This document shows, piece after piece, positions 23,637 through 35,843 of a stretch of DNA of 64,000 bases (position 1 is the first letter of the stretch; the number at the start of each line of letters is the position of its first letter). The DNA lies in assembly GCA_051313645.2 (NCBI GenBank), contig JBNRSN020000147.1, positions 1,178,001 through 1,242,000 of the forward strand, read 5' to 3'. Both the position numbers and the translations under genes were made by a program. Origin of the DNA: Centroscyllium fabricii. Taxonomy: Eukaryota. The notes beneath the pieces are model-generated. The model searched no databases. It was not told the DNA's origin and saw only the letters and a list, made by a program, of their open reading frames with translations.

Positions 23637-24686
23637 TCGTGTGTCTCGAAGGCCACCTTGGAGAATGCTTACCCAAAGATCAGAGGCTGAATGTCCTTGA
23701 CTGCTGAAGTGTTCCCCGACTGGGAGGGAACACTCCTGCCTGGCGATTGTTGTGCGGTGTCCGTTCATCCGTTGTCGCAGTGTCTGCATGGTCTCGCCGA
23801 TGTACCATGCTCTGGGGCATCCTTTCCTGCAACGTATGAGGTAGAAAACGTTGGCTGAGTCACATGAGTATGTACCATGTACCTGGTGTGTGGTGTCCTC
23901 ACGTGTGATGATGGTATCTGTGTTGATGGTCTGGCATGTCTTGCAGAGGTTGCCGTGGCAGGGTTGTGTGGGGTCGTGGTTGCTGTTCTCCTGAAAGCTG
24001 GGTAATTTGTTGCGAACAATGGTCTGTTTGAGGTTAGGCGGCTGTTTGAAGGCGAGTAGTGGAGGCGTGGGGATGGCCTTAGCGGGGTGTTTGTCGTCAT
24101 CGATGACATGTTGAAGGCTGCGAAGAACATGGCGTAGTTTCTCCACTCCGGGGAAGTACTGGACGATGAAGGGTACTCTGTTGGTTGTGTCCCGTGTTTG
24201 TCTTCTGAGGAGGTCTATGCGATTTTTCGCTGTGGCCCGTCGGAACTGTCGATCGATGATTCGAATGTCATATCCCGTTCTTATGAGGGCATCTTTCAGA
24301 GTCTGTCGGTGTCCATCGCGTTCCTCCTCGTCTGAGCAGATCCTGTGTATTCGCAGGGCTTGTCCATAGGGGATGGCTTCTTTAACATGGTTAGGGTGGA
24401 AGCAGGATAAGTGGAGCATTGTGAGGTTGTCCGTGGGTTTGCGGTAGAGGGAAGTGCTAAGGTGTCCATCATTGATGGCGATTTGTGTGTCCAAGAATGA
24501 AACCGATTCTGAGGAGTAGTCCATGGTGAGTTTGATGGTGGGATGGAACTTGTTGATGTTATCGTGTAGTCTTTTCAGTGATTCTTCACTGTGGGTCCAT
24601 AGGAGGAAAATGTTGTCGATGTATCTGGTGTATAGCGTTGGTTGGAGGCCCTGTGCAGCGAAGAAGTCTTGCTCGAACTTGTGCAT
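23637..24686 (-). pseudogene. Penelope-like RT + GIY-YIG ORF remnant
   Basis: ORF 23589-24686 without its LTR-derived tail. Confidence 0.9.
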
Positions 24687-24801
24687 GAAGATGTTGGCAT
24701 ATTGGGGTGCGAATCTGGTCCCTATGGCTGTTCCGTGTGTTTGGGTAAAGAACTGGTTTCGAAGGTGAAGACATTGTGATCAAGGATGAAGCGGATGAGT
24801 T

Positions 24802-25092
24802 CTATTGCATCTGCCATGCTTCTGCCCAATCACCCAACCTGTCCAAATCATACTGGAGTTTCTCGGCATCGTCCTCACAGCACACACGCCCACCCAGCTT
24901 TGTGTCATCTGCAAACTTGGAGATATTACATCTAGTTCCCTTGTCCAGGTCATTAATATGTATTGTGAATAGCTGGGATCCAAGGACTGATCCCTGTGTT
25001 ACCCCACTAGTCACTGCCTGCCACTCGGAAAAAGACCCGTTAATTCCAACTCTGCTTTCTGCCTGCCAGCCGGTTCTCTATCCAGGCCAATA
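24802..25092 (-). mobile_element. CR1 RT fragment
   Basis: SGVTQGSVLG...[10 protein letters not shown]. Confidence 0.85.
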
Positions 25093-25589
25093 CTTCTGTG
25101 GCACAGCTTTTTGCACCACAGCCCTGTACCCAGGAACTCCCTCCCTAAATCTCTTTGTGACCCTTTTCACCGCCTTCAAAATCCTTCTCTTCCACCATGG
25201 CTTAGGTCTCTTCTCCTTGATTGCCTCCGAACACAGCTCTACCTTTAAAGTGCCTTGGCATGTTTTGGTACATATTATAAGTTATACAAATGCAATTTTT
25301 TATTGTTTTAATGTTCTTTTTTTCTCTCTCCACTTTTCTCTTGATTTGCTCCCCTCTATCGCTGAAAGCATTGACTCTTTGGCAGGACATGACTTTAGTA
25401 ACTCCCCAGATGTATTTATTATTGAATTAGCCTTGGTGTGATTGTTAGGTGGCTATTTGACAGTAATGGATATTTCTTCACTTTACACACACTTCCAGAA
25501 GTGGTTTCTGCATTGCAATCAGGACCAGAAACCCAGACCAATTTTCCCCTCTTTAACTCAGAATTACTGAGGCCAAATCTAGCAGCCCT

Positions 25590-27736
25590 ATTATTGGAAC
25601 AGAAGAACAGGAGTAGGTCATTTAGCCCCTCGACTGTTCCGCCATTCAATGAGATCATGTCTGATCTGTGACCGAACTCCATATACATGCCTTTTCCCCA
25701 GATCCCTTGATACCTGTGGTTAACAAAAATCTATCAATCTCAGATCTAAAATTAACAATTGACCTAGCATCAACTGCCATTTGTGGAAGAGAGTTCCAAA
25801 TTTCCATCACCCTTTACGTAAAGAGGTGTTTCCGAACTTAAGTCCTGACAGACCTGGCTCTAACATTTAGACTATGCCCCCTAGTCCGAGACACCCCAAC
25901 CAGCAGAAATAATTTCACTCTTTCTACCCTATCAGCTCCCCTTAATATCTTCAAAAGTTCTATCAAATCACCCCTTAACGTTCTAAATTCCAGGGAATAC
26001 AATCATAGTTTGTGTAATCTCTCCTTGTAATTTAACCCTTGGAGTCTGGGTATCATTCTGATAAATCCATGCTGCACTCCCTCCAAGGCCAATATATCCT
26101 TCCTAAGGTGTGGTGCCCAGAACTGAACACAATACTCCAGGTGTGGTCTAACCAGGGCTTTGTACAGCTGCAGCATAACTTCTACCCCCTTGTATTCTAG
26201 TCCTCTAGATGTAAAGGCCAGCATTCCTTTAGTCTTTTTGATTATTTTCTGTACCTGTCCATGACATTTTAATGATCTTTGCACATGACACATGGGACTC
26301 CTAAGTCTCTTTGGACCTCCACTGTTTCTAGCTTTTCACCATTTAGAAAATAATCTGATCTATTGTGGCATTGGGAATAAATGACTGTACATAATAATTG
26401 CATGTAAAATCCCCTTTAACTTACAGGTTCCCCGCCCCTTTAAGAGAGAGGGAAAACAGACCAGTTTGCGATGTCATCGCGCATTCTGCGGGCTTTTGTT
26501 GTTAGAATGTTTTTGGAGTTTGAACAAAAAAGACCAGTTTTGCAGTTTCTCCTCCAAGTTGGCTGATTTATTGTTAGGAGATCACAGTCTCCTACACTAT
26601 CCTTTTAATGTCCAAAGTGGATGACCTGACACTTGCCTACATTGAAATCAATTTGCCATCGTTTGACCCATTCACTTAATCTGTTAGTATCTCTTTTATG
26701 CTTCCATCTATACTGCTTACAATGCCGCCTATCTTTGTGTCATCGACAAACTTGGAAAGGTGGCTCTCTATCACGTCATCTAAGTCATTAATAAATATAG
26801 TGAATAGTTGAGCGCCCAACACCGATCCCTGTGGGACTCCACTAGTCACATTCTGCCAATTAGAGTACCTGCCCATTATTCCTACTCTCTGTCTCCTGCC
26901 ACACAGCCAATTTCCCAACCAGGTCAGTAATTTGCCTTCAATTCAATGAGCTTCAACTTCAGCCACCAGTCTTTTATGATGGACTTTATTGAATGGCTTC
27001 TGGAAGTCCATATAATTAACATCCATAGGCATTCCCCTGTCCACTACTTTAGTCACCTCTTCAAAAAATTCGATCAGGTTATTCAGGCACGACCTACCGT
27101 TTACAAATTCATGCTGGCTCTCTGTGACCATCTGAAAATGTTCAAGGTGTTCAGTCTCTCTATCCCTAATTATAGACTCCAGTAATTTCCCGACAATGGA
27201 TGTTAGACTAACTTGTCTATAATTCCCTGGTTTCCGTCGCTCACCTTTCTTAAATAGCAGAGCGACAAGTACAATTTTCCAATCTAAAGGAATGGTTCAT
27301 GAATCAAGAAAACTTTGTAAGATTACAGTTAGGGCATCTGCAATGTTCTCACCTACTTCCTTTTAAATCTTAGGATGAAAACCATCTGGTTCTGGGGAAT
27401 TGTCACACTTAAATGGCATTATTTTCTTCATTACTGTTATTTTGCTTACGTTAAATTTAGTGAGCTCCTGTCGCTGACTCAATATTAGTTTCCAGGATGT
27501 CCAGCTTGCTATCCTCTTCCTCTACTGTAAATACTGATGCAAAGTTATTATTCAACAAGTCCACCATTTCCTTATTTTCATTTACAATATCACCATTTTC
27601 AGTTTTCAAGTGGCTCACACTGCTCCTGACCACCCCCTTTTTCCTAATACAGGTATAATTGTTTACATTTTTTGTGTTGATTGTGATATCCCTTGCAAAT
27701 TTCCTTTCATACTCCTTTTTTGTAGCTCTTACTACT
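25590..27736 (-). mobile_element. Degenerate CR1 LINE (RT and 3' tail)
   Basis: ORF remnants 26943-27131, 26676-26918 and 26003-26293 (LVRPHLEYCVQFW); tail near 25595. Confidence 0.9.
26364..26596. mobile_element. Solo LTR of another family
   Basis: tgtgg...ctaca ends, 4-bp TSD CTAT; CR1 sequence is continuous across it. Confidence 0.75.
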
Positions 27737-29821
27737 GGGGAGGCGGTGGCGTAGTGGTTATGTCACTAGACTAGTAAGGCAGAGGCTCAGTCAAATGCTC
27801 TGAGGATATGGGTTCAAATCCCACCACGGCAGCTGGTGGAATTTAAATTCAATTTAATTCTGGAATTAAATGTTAGTCTTAGTAATGGCGACCATGATTC
27901 GATTGTTGCAAAAACCCATCTTGTTCACTAATGTCCTTTAGGGAAGGAAATCTGCCGTCCTTACCTGGTCTGGCCTACATGTGACTCCAGACCCAGAGCA
28001 ATGTGGTTGACTCTTAATGCCCTCTGAAATGGCCTAGCAAGCCACTCAGTTGTAAACAACCACTATGAAAAACAATAAGAATAAAACCGGACGGACCACC
28101 CGGCATCGACCTCGGCACCGGAAACATTAATGTCAGGCAAACCCGGCCCTGTCGACCCTGCAAAGTCCTCCTCACAAACATCTGGGGCTTGTGTTTAAGT
28201 TGGGAGAGCTGTCCTACAGACTAGTCAAGCAACAGCCTAACATAGTCATACTCACAGAATCAAACCTTACATCTAATGTCCCAGACACCACCATCACCAT
28301 TCCTGGGTATGTCCTGTCCCACCAGCAGGACAGACCCACCAGAGGTGATGGCACCGTGGTATACAGTTGTGAGGGAGTAGCCCTGGGAGTGCTCAACATT
28401 GAATCAGGACCCCATGAGGTCTCATGGCATCAAGTCAAACATGGGCAAGGAAACCTCCTACTAATTACCACCTACCGCCCTCCCTCAGCTGATGAATCAG
28501 TACTCCTCCATGTGGAACATCAATTGGAAGGAGCACTGAGAGTAGCAAGGGCACAAAATGTCCTCTGGGTGGGGGACTTCAATGTCCATCACCAAGAGTG
28601 GCTTGATAGCACCACAACTGACCGAGCTGGTCGAGTCCTAAAGGACATAGCTGCCAGACTGGGTCTGCGACAGGTGGTGAGGAAACCAACAAGAGGGAAA
28701 AACCTACTTGATCTCATCCTCACCAATCTACCTGTTGCAGATGCATCTGTCTATGACAGCATTGGTGGAAGTGACCACCGCACAGTCCTTGTGGAGACGA
28801 AGTTCCGTCTTCATGTTGAGGATACCCTCTGCCATGTTGTGTGGCACTACCACCGTGCTAAATGGGACAGATTTCGAACAGATCTGGCAACTCAAAACGG
28901 CATCCATGAGGCGCTGTGGGCCATCAGCAGCAGCAGCAGAATTGTATTCAACCAACCACAATCTGTAACCTCATGGCCCAGCATATCCCTCACTCTACCA
29001 TTACCATCAAGCCGGGAGATCAACCCTGGTTTAACGAAGAGTGCAGGAGAGCATGCTGGGAACAGCACCAGGCATACCGAAAAATTAGGTGTCAACCTGG
29101 TAAGGCTAAAACACAGGACTACTTGCATGCCAAACAACAGAAGCAACATGCGATAGACAGAGCTAAGCAATCTCACAACCATCGGATCAAATCAAAGCTC
29201 TGCAGTCCTGCCACATCCAGTCATGAGTGGTGGTGGACAATTAAACAGTTAACAGGAGGAGGAGGCTCCAAAAATATCCTCATCCTTAATGATGGTGGAG
29301 CCCAGCACGTGAGTGCAAAAGACAAGGCTGAAGCATTTGCAACTATCTTCAGCCAGAAATGCCGAGTGGATGATTTATAATGGCCTCCTCCTGAGGTCTC
29401 CAGCATCACAGATGCCAGCCTTCAGCCCATTCAATTCACTCCACGTGATGTCAAGAAACGGCTGAAGACACTGGATACTGCAAAGGCTATGGGCCCTGAC
29501 AACATTCCGGCAATAGTACTGAAGACTTGTGCTCCAGAACTAGCTGCGCCCCTAGCCAAGCTGTTCCAGTACAGCTACAACACTGGCATCTACCCAGCAA
29601 TGTGGAAAATTGCCCAAGTATGTCCTGTCTACAAAAATCAGGACAAATCCGACCCAGCCAATTACCGTCCCATCAGTCTACTCTCAATCATCAGCAAAGT
29701 GATGGAAGGTGTCGTCGACAGTGCTATCAAGCGGTACTTACTCAGCAATAACCTGCTAACTGACGCCCAGTTTGAGTTCCGCCAGGGCCACTTAGCTCCT
29801 GACCTCATTACAGCCTTGGTC
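27737..29821 (+). mobile_element. CR1/L2-group LINE 5' part with tRNA/SacSINE1-like head and no ORF1
   Basis: A box tggcgtagtgg, B box ggttcaaatcc, SINE-like body to about 28052, then endonuclease (ILTES, YRPP, GDFN, LDL, SDH) and RT start (GPDNIP, NYRPISLL). Confidence 0.88.
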
Positions 29822-32775
29822 TATATGGCAGTGGGATGGGAACCTAGAAAAAGAGGGAAGTCATATGCAGCCAGAAATAAATGGTAGAAGGGTGAGAAGC
29901 AATAGGCAAAGGCCAGAAACACAAAGGGCCAAACTAATTTATAATGGGAGTGTGAAAAAAGCAAGCCTGAAGGCTTTGTATCTTAATGCAAGAAGCAAGA
30001 TGAATTAGCTGTGGAAATAGAGGTAAACGAGTATGATTTGATTGGGATTACAGAAACATGGCTGCAGGGGGTGCAAGGCTGGGAACTTAACATCCAGGGG
30101 TATACAATATTTAGGAAGGATCGGCAAAAAAGAAAGGGAGGTGGGGTAGCATTGCTGGTGAAAGAAGCGATTAACGCAATTGAAAGGAAGGATATTAACT
30201 CGGATGATACGGAATCTATATGGGTAGAACTGAGAAATAGCAAGGGGCGGAAAACTTTAGTGGGAGTGGTATATAGGCCTCCAAACAGTAATATGGAGGT
30301 GGGGGAAGGCATAAAAAGGGAAATTAGAGAAGCGTGCAATAAGGGCACAGCTGTCATCATAGGTGACTTTAATTTACATATAGATTGGACTAGCCAAATT
30401 AGTAAAAGTACAGAGGAGGAGGAATTCCTAGAATGTGTACGGGACGGTTACCTGGACCAATATGTCGAGGAACCAACTCGGGATCAGGCCATCTTAGACT
30501 GGGTATTATGCAATGAGAAGGGACTAATTGTCAATCTTGTTGTACGAGGCCCCTTGGGTCGGAGCGATCATAATATGATCGAATTCTCACTTGAGATGGA
30601 AAGTGAAGAAATTGACTCAGAGACTAAGGTCCTCAATTTAAATAAAGGGAATTATGATGGTATGAGAAGGGAATTAAGTAAGATTGATTGGGCGGTGTTT
30701 CTGGGGGGATTAATGGTGGATAGACAATGGCAAACATTCAAAGAAATAATGGAAGAATTATAGAACTTGTTTATACCGGTTTGGCATAAAAATAAACCTA
30801 AAAAGGTGACTCAGCCGTGGATAACAAGGGAAGTTAGGGACAACATAAAATCCAAAAAAAGGACATATCAATTGGCCAAAAAAAGCACCAGACCTGAAGA
30901 TTGGGAGCAGTTCAGGTTACAGCAAAGGAGGACAAAGGGATTAATCAGGAGGGGGAAAATAGATTACGAAAGTAAGTTTGCGGCAAACATAAAAACCGAC
31001 TGCAAAAGCTTTAATAGGTATATCAGGAGGAAAAGATTGGTAAAATCCCAAGTCGGTCCCTTGCGGTCCGATTCAGGGGAATATATAATGGGGAATAAGG
31101 AAATGGCTGACCAATTAAATTCATATTTTGGTTCTGTCTTCACAAAGGAGGACACAAATAACCTCCCTGGGATATCGGGAAACATAGGGACGAATGCAAG
31201 GGAGGAGCTGACAGAAATCAGTATTTCTAAGGATATGGTGTTGGGGAAGTTGAAGGGATTGAAAGCCGACAAATCCCCAGGGCCTGATAATCTACATCCT
31301 AGGCTACTTAAGGAGGTGGCCCTAGAGATAGTAGATGCCTTAATGATCATTTTCAGGAACTCGATAGACTCGGGAACAGTACCCATGGATTGGAGGGTAG
31401 CAAATGTTACCCCACTATTTAAAAAAGGGGGTAGAGAAAAAGCAGGGAATTATAGACCAGTAAGCCTTACATCAGTAGTGGGCAAAATGCTAGAGTCCAT
31501 TATTAAGGATGTAATAGTGGAGCACTTGACAAACAGGGACGGGATCGGACAGAGTCAACATGGATTTACAAAAGGTAAATCGTGCTTGACTAATCTATTG
31601 GAATTCTTTGAGGAAGTAACAGGTAAAATAGATGCGGGAGAGCCAGTAGATGTGGTGTACCTTGACTTCCAGAAAGCCTTCGATAAGGTCCCACATAAAA
31701 GATTAGCATGCAAAATCAAGGCTCATGGGATTGGGGGCAAAGTATTGACATGGATAGAGAACTGGCTGGCAGATAGAAAACAGAGAGTTGGAATAAACGG
31801 CTCGTTTTCTGAGTGGCAGGCGGTGACTAGTGGGGTGCCGCAGGGATCTGTCCTGGGACCCCAGCTGTTCAAAATATATATTAATGATCTGGACCAGGGA
31901 ATTGGATGCAACATCTTCAAATTTGCAGATGACACTAAACTAGGAGGCGGTGGGGGGGGCGGGGGGGGGGCTCTGAAGAGGATGTCAGGAAGCTCCAGTG
32001 CGATTTGGACAAGTTGGGGGAATGGGCGGATACATGGCAAATGCACTATAATGTGGATAAATGTGAGGTTATCCACTTTGGGGGCAAAAACAGGAGGGCA
32101 GATTATTATTTAAATGGCAATAGATTGGGAGATGGGGAAGTGCAGAGAGACCTGGGTGTTCTTGTGCAGGGGTCCCCAACCTTTTTTGCTCCGCGGCCCG
32201 TTTTGAGGTTCGCAATTTTTTCGCGGCCCAGTGGGGGGGGGGGGGGGGGGGGATGCTGGCGGAGATTTTTTGACTGACCGGGGGGGACGGTGCTGGCGGG
32301 GATTTTTTGACTGGGGGAGGGGTGTGCTGGCGGAGATTTTTTGACTGACCGGCGGGGTGCTGTCTTCCGTCTGTACCTCGAACGTCTTCCGTCGGCGAAT
32401 GATCGGCCCTGCCGCGGCCCGTTGGCAATTGATCTGCGCATGCGCCGATTCACAGACCCTGCCGCGACCCGTCGGCAATTGATCTGCGCATCCGCCGATT
32501 CACAGACCCGTCCGCGGCCCGGTAAGAATGTCCCGCGGCCCGGCACCGGGTCGCAGACCGGCGGTTGGGTAACGCTGTTCTTGTGCACCAGTCACTGAGG
32601 GCGAGCATGCAGGTGCAACAGGCGGTTAAGAAGGCAAATGGTATGTTGGCCTTCATATCAAGAGGGTTCGCGTATAGGAATAAGGATACCTTACTACAGT
32701 TGTACAAGGCACTGGTGAGACCACACTTGAGTATTGTGTACAGTTTTGGTCGCCTCATCTGAGGAAGGATGTCGT
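29822..32775 (+). mobile_element. CR1 LINE ORF2, same family as 3482-11371, 3' end missing
   Basis: ORFs 30011-30763 (EN), 30767-32113 (RT), 32565-32762. Confidence 0.95.
32167..32577. mobile_element. hAT (Charlie/MER1-like) MITE
   Basis: caggggtccccaacc / ggttgggtaacgctg termini; 8-bp TSD TTCTTGTG. Confidence 0.92.
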
Positions 32776-33954
32776 GTCATGGAGGACTGCCAGGAGTTGT
32801 GTCTGGAGGTGACAAAGGCATGGATTGGCTCAGATGCACAATGTTATGGAGGTGGAGGTAGGTGGTGATCGAGAATCTAATCGCTCATTTATGTTGTCCT
32901 GTGATTCCTTTCGCTTCATCTCTAAGAGGTAATCATGCTCCTTATTTTTGTGTCACCTGCAAATTTTGATAATGTGCCACCTATACCCAAATCCATATAA
33001 TAGCAAAATACTGCGGATGCTGGAAATCTGAAATAACAACAGAAAATGCTGGAAACACTCAGCAGGCCAGGCCGCATCCGTGGAGCCATCTGTTGTTATA
33101 CCCAAATCCAGATTATTTATAAGTATTCAAAAAAGAGCAATTGTCTAACACTCAATCCTGGGGAATACTACTGTTTTACGCCTCTAGTTCAAAAAATATC
33201 AATTTGCCACTCGTCTCCATTTTCTGTTCTTTAACAAACTTGCTGTCAATTACACTACATTTCCTTTAATATCACTTGCCTTAATCTTATCAACATGCCT
33301 CTTATGTGGCAACCATGAAACACCTTTTAAAAATCCATATACACAATATCGACGGCATTTCCTTTATCAATGCAAACAATTGTTTCCTCAAAGAAGTGTA
33401 TTAAATTTGTCAAGTAGAACTACCCTTTTATAAATTTATGTTGGCTGTCCTTAATTAACCCATGCCTTTCTAGGTGAGCTTTAATTTTAATCCTGTATTA
33501 TGGTCTCTGGAAGCTTTCCCTGTGTTAAGCTGACTGACCTATAGTTATTGTACTTGCTTTATCTGGGCTAGTTTCCTTTACGCCTTATTGAATTTTATTT
33601 TATTTTTGAGTGTTCCCTTTCCTTTTGAGTTTATATATTGAATCTTATATTATGGTCCCTGATTCCTAGCCTCTTTCTCTGTTAGTCTAAAATTGTACTG
33701 GTCTAGAGAGCAGTTCTGGATACATTTTAGAAACTCCTCTGCTTATTTACCACCTATATTACTCTCGTCCCAGTCTATCTTTGGATAATTAAAGAAATCA
33801 ATTAGTACAGTCCTGTGTTGATGTGTTTTTCGTTAGTTAGTCTACCTACCACTTCCTTGAGAGTCTTTCCATTGTTTGGTCGTCTATAATATACTCCCAA
33901 TAGAGTAAGCGTTCCCTTCTTATTCTTGAACTCTAATTTGCATCGTCCCCTATG

Positions 33955-34280
33955 CTCAGAGCGGCGGCAGACCTAGGAGAAGTGGCAAGGCAGTGACAGC
34001 ATTTAAAAGGGAGCTCCAGGACCAGGTAGGCCCCAGAGTGGCGGCAGTGGCAGACCTAGGAGAAGCAGCGAGGCAGCGGCAGCATTTAAAAGTGAACTCC
34101 AGGACCAGGTAGGCTCCAGAGCGGTGGCAGCAGCGGACCTAGGAGAAGCGGCAAGGCGGCGGCAGCGTTTAAATGCGAGCACCAGGACCAGGTACGTCCC
34201 ACAGCGGTGGCAGCGGAAGACCTAGGAGAAGTGGCGAGGCGGCGGCAGTGTTTAAAAGCGAGCTCCAGGACCAGGTAGGT
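33955..34280 (+). repeat. 83-bp tandem monomer x4 in a CR1 5' UTR
   Basis: gacctaggagaag recurs at 33970, 34053, 34136, 34219. Confidence 0.9.
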
Positions 34281-34537
34281 TTACTAATCTGAGCTCCGAG
34301 AGAGAAGTAAAAAGTAATCAAAGTGTGACATCACCAGAAAGCAGGTAAGTGATTGGTTGGTTAGTATTTCTCCTCTTTTTTTTCCGAACTTAATTTTTGT
34401 GGTTATAGTTTCTAGGGTCTCTGTTGTGTAGCAGGATCTGCTGGTAAACAAGGGCCCTTGAGTATATCATTTAATTGTAGTGTAATTGGTGGGATTGATT
34501 TGAGTTAAGTTAATTTAAATTAATTAAAGGGTAAGTC

Positions 34538-35293
34538 ATGGCAGGACAGCTCGGTGCCGTGATATGCTCCTCCTGCACTATGTGGGAAATCAGGGACACT
34601 TCCTGTGTCCCTGATGACCATGTGTGTGGGAAGTGTATCCAGCTGCAGCTACTGACAGACCACATTGTGGCGCTGGAGCTGTGAATGTATGCATTCTGGA
34701 GCATTCGCAATGCTGAGGATGTCGTGGAAAGCACGTTTAATGAGTTGGTCACACCTCAGGTAAAGGCTCCACGGGCAGGAAGGGAATGGGTGACCACCAG
34801 ACAGAATTGTAGGCACAGGCAGGTAGTGTAGGGGTCCCCTGTGGACATTCCCCTCGCAAACAGATATACCACTTTGGATATTGCTAAGGAGAATGGCTTA
34901 TCTGAGGAAGGCAGCAGCAGCCAACTTCCTGGCAGCATAGGTGGTGCTGCTACTCAGGGCAGGAGGAAAAAGAGCGGGAGAGCTATAGTGATAGGGGATT
35001 CTATTGTAAGGGGAATAGATAGGTCTTTCTGCAGCTGCAAATGAGACTCCAGGATGGTATGTTGCCTCCCTGGTGCAAGGGTCACAGATGTCTCGGAGCG
35101 GCTACAGAGGATTTTGGAAGGGAAGGGTGAACAGCCAGTTGTCGTGGTGCATATAGGTACCAACAATACAGGTAAAAATTGGGATGAGGTCCTAAAAGCT
35201 GAATATAGGGAATTAGGAGGTAAATTAAAAAATAGGACCTCAAAGGTCGTAATCTCAGGATTGCTACCAGTGCCACGTGCTAGTCAGCGTAAT
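34538..35293 (+). pseudogene. CR1 ORF1 (zinc finger/leucine zipper + SGNH esterase), 3'-truncated
   Basis: MAGQL..VICSSCTMWE...HVCGKC, VIGDSIVRG, CCLPGA, VHIGTN, ISGLLPVP. Confidence 0.88.
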
Positions 35294-35431
35294 TGATCCT
35301 TAATTAACACTGTTCGCCTCTCCCTTTTTTCTACACTCTCCCTGCTAAATATTTTGCAACCAGGAAAGTTCAGCTCCCAGTCGTACCTTAGCCTTAGCTA
35401 GGTCTCTGTTAATGCTATTACATCATACACT

Positions 35432-35843
35432 GATTTCCAGCAAAACATTTTTTTCCCATTTTTTTTTGTTGCTTTGTTTGTTTTTTGTTTTTCATACAGC
35501 ATGTGCAACATTTGACCTCTTGTGACCCCACCTCATTGTTCTTTGATGGAATGTTTTGCTGACTGACCTGTTTGGACACCATTTACACCTTTGATTGTGG
35601 TGATTGTCTCTCTGCCGAGGTGTGATAAAGGGCAGTTAAAAAAATTACCTGGAATCATCTAACATTGTTTTCTGACTATATATGCTGTGCCTATGTGCAT
35701 CTCTTCACTTCACCTGACGAAGGAGCAGCGCTCCGAAAGCTTGTGATTTCAAATAGAACTGTTGGGACTATAACCTGGTGTTGTGTGACTTCTTACATTG
35801 GTCCACCCCACCCCAGTCCAACACCGGCACCTCCACATCATCA
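35432..35843 (+). mobile_element. Penelope-like pLTR/3' fragment
   Basis: Inverted homologue of 22795-23190. Confidence 0.88.
35710..35746 (+). ncRNA. Minimal hammerhead ribozyme motif
   Basis: tcac-CTGACGA-a-ggagc-agc-gctcc-GAAA-gct-t-gtga; perfect stems I and II. Confidence 0.75.

Larger units (their letters stand above)
22795..24801 (-). mobile_element. Penelope-like retroelement, 5'-truncated, with 3' pLTR
   Basis: RT C-terminus (YTRYIDNIF, SFLD) and GIY-YIG endonuclease (VFYLIRC...YIGET..TLRQRMNGHR); hammerhead in the 3' repeat. Confidence 0.93.

Noticed and set aside
27737-27830. tRNA genes (also 51958-52035, 15860-15932)
   Set aside because: A/B boxes run into SINE or LINE bodies; these are tRNA-derived heads.
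33955-34280. CRISPR-like periodic repeat
   Set aside because: Whole 83-bp units repeat with no unique spacers, no cas genes, vertebrate context.
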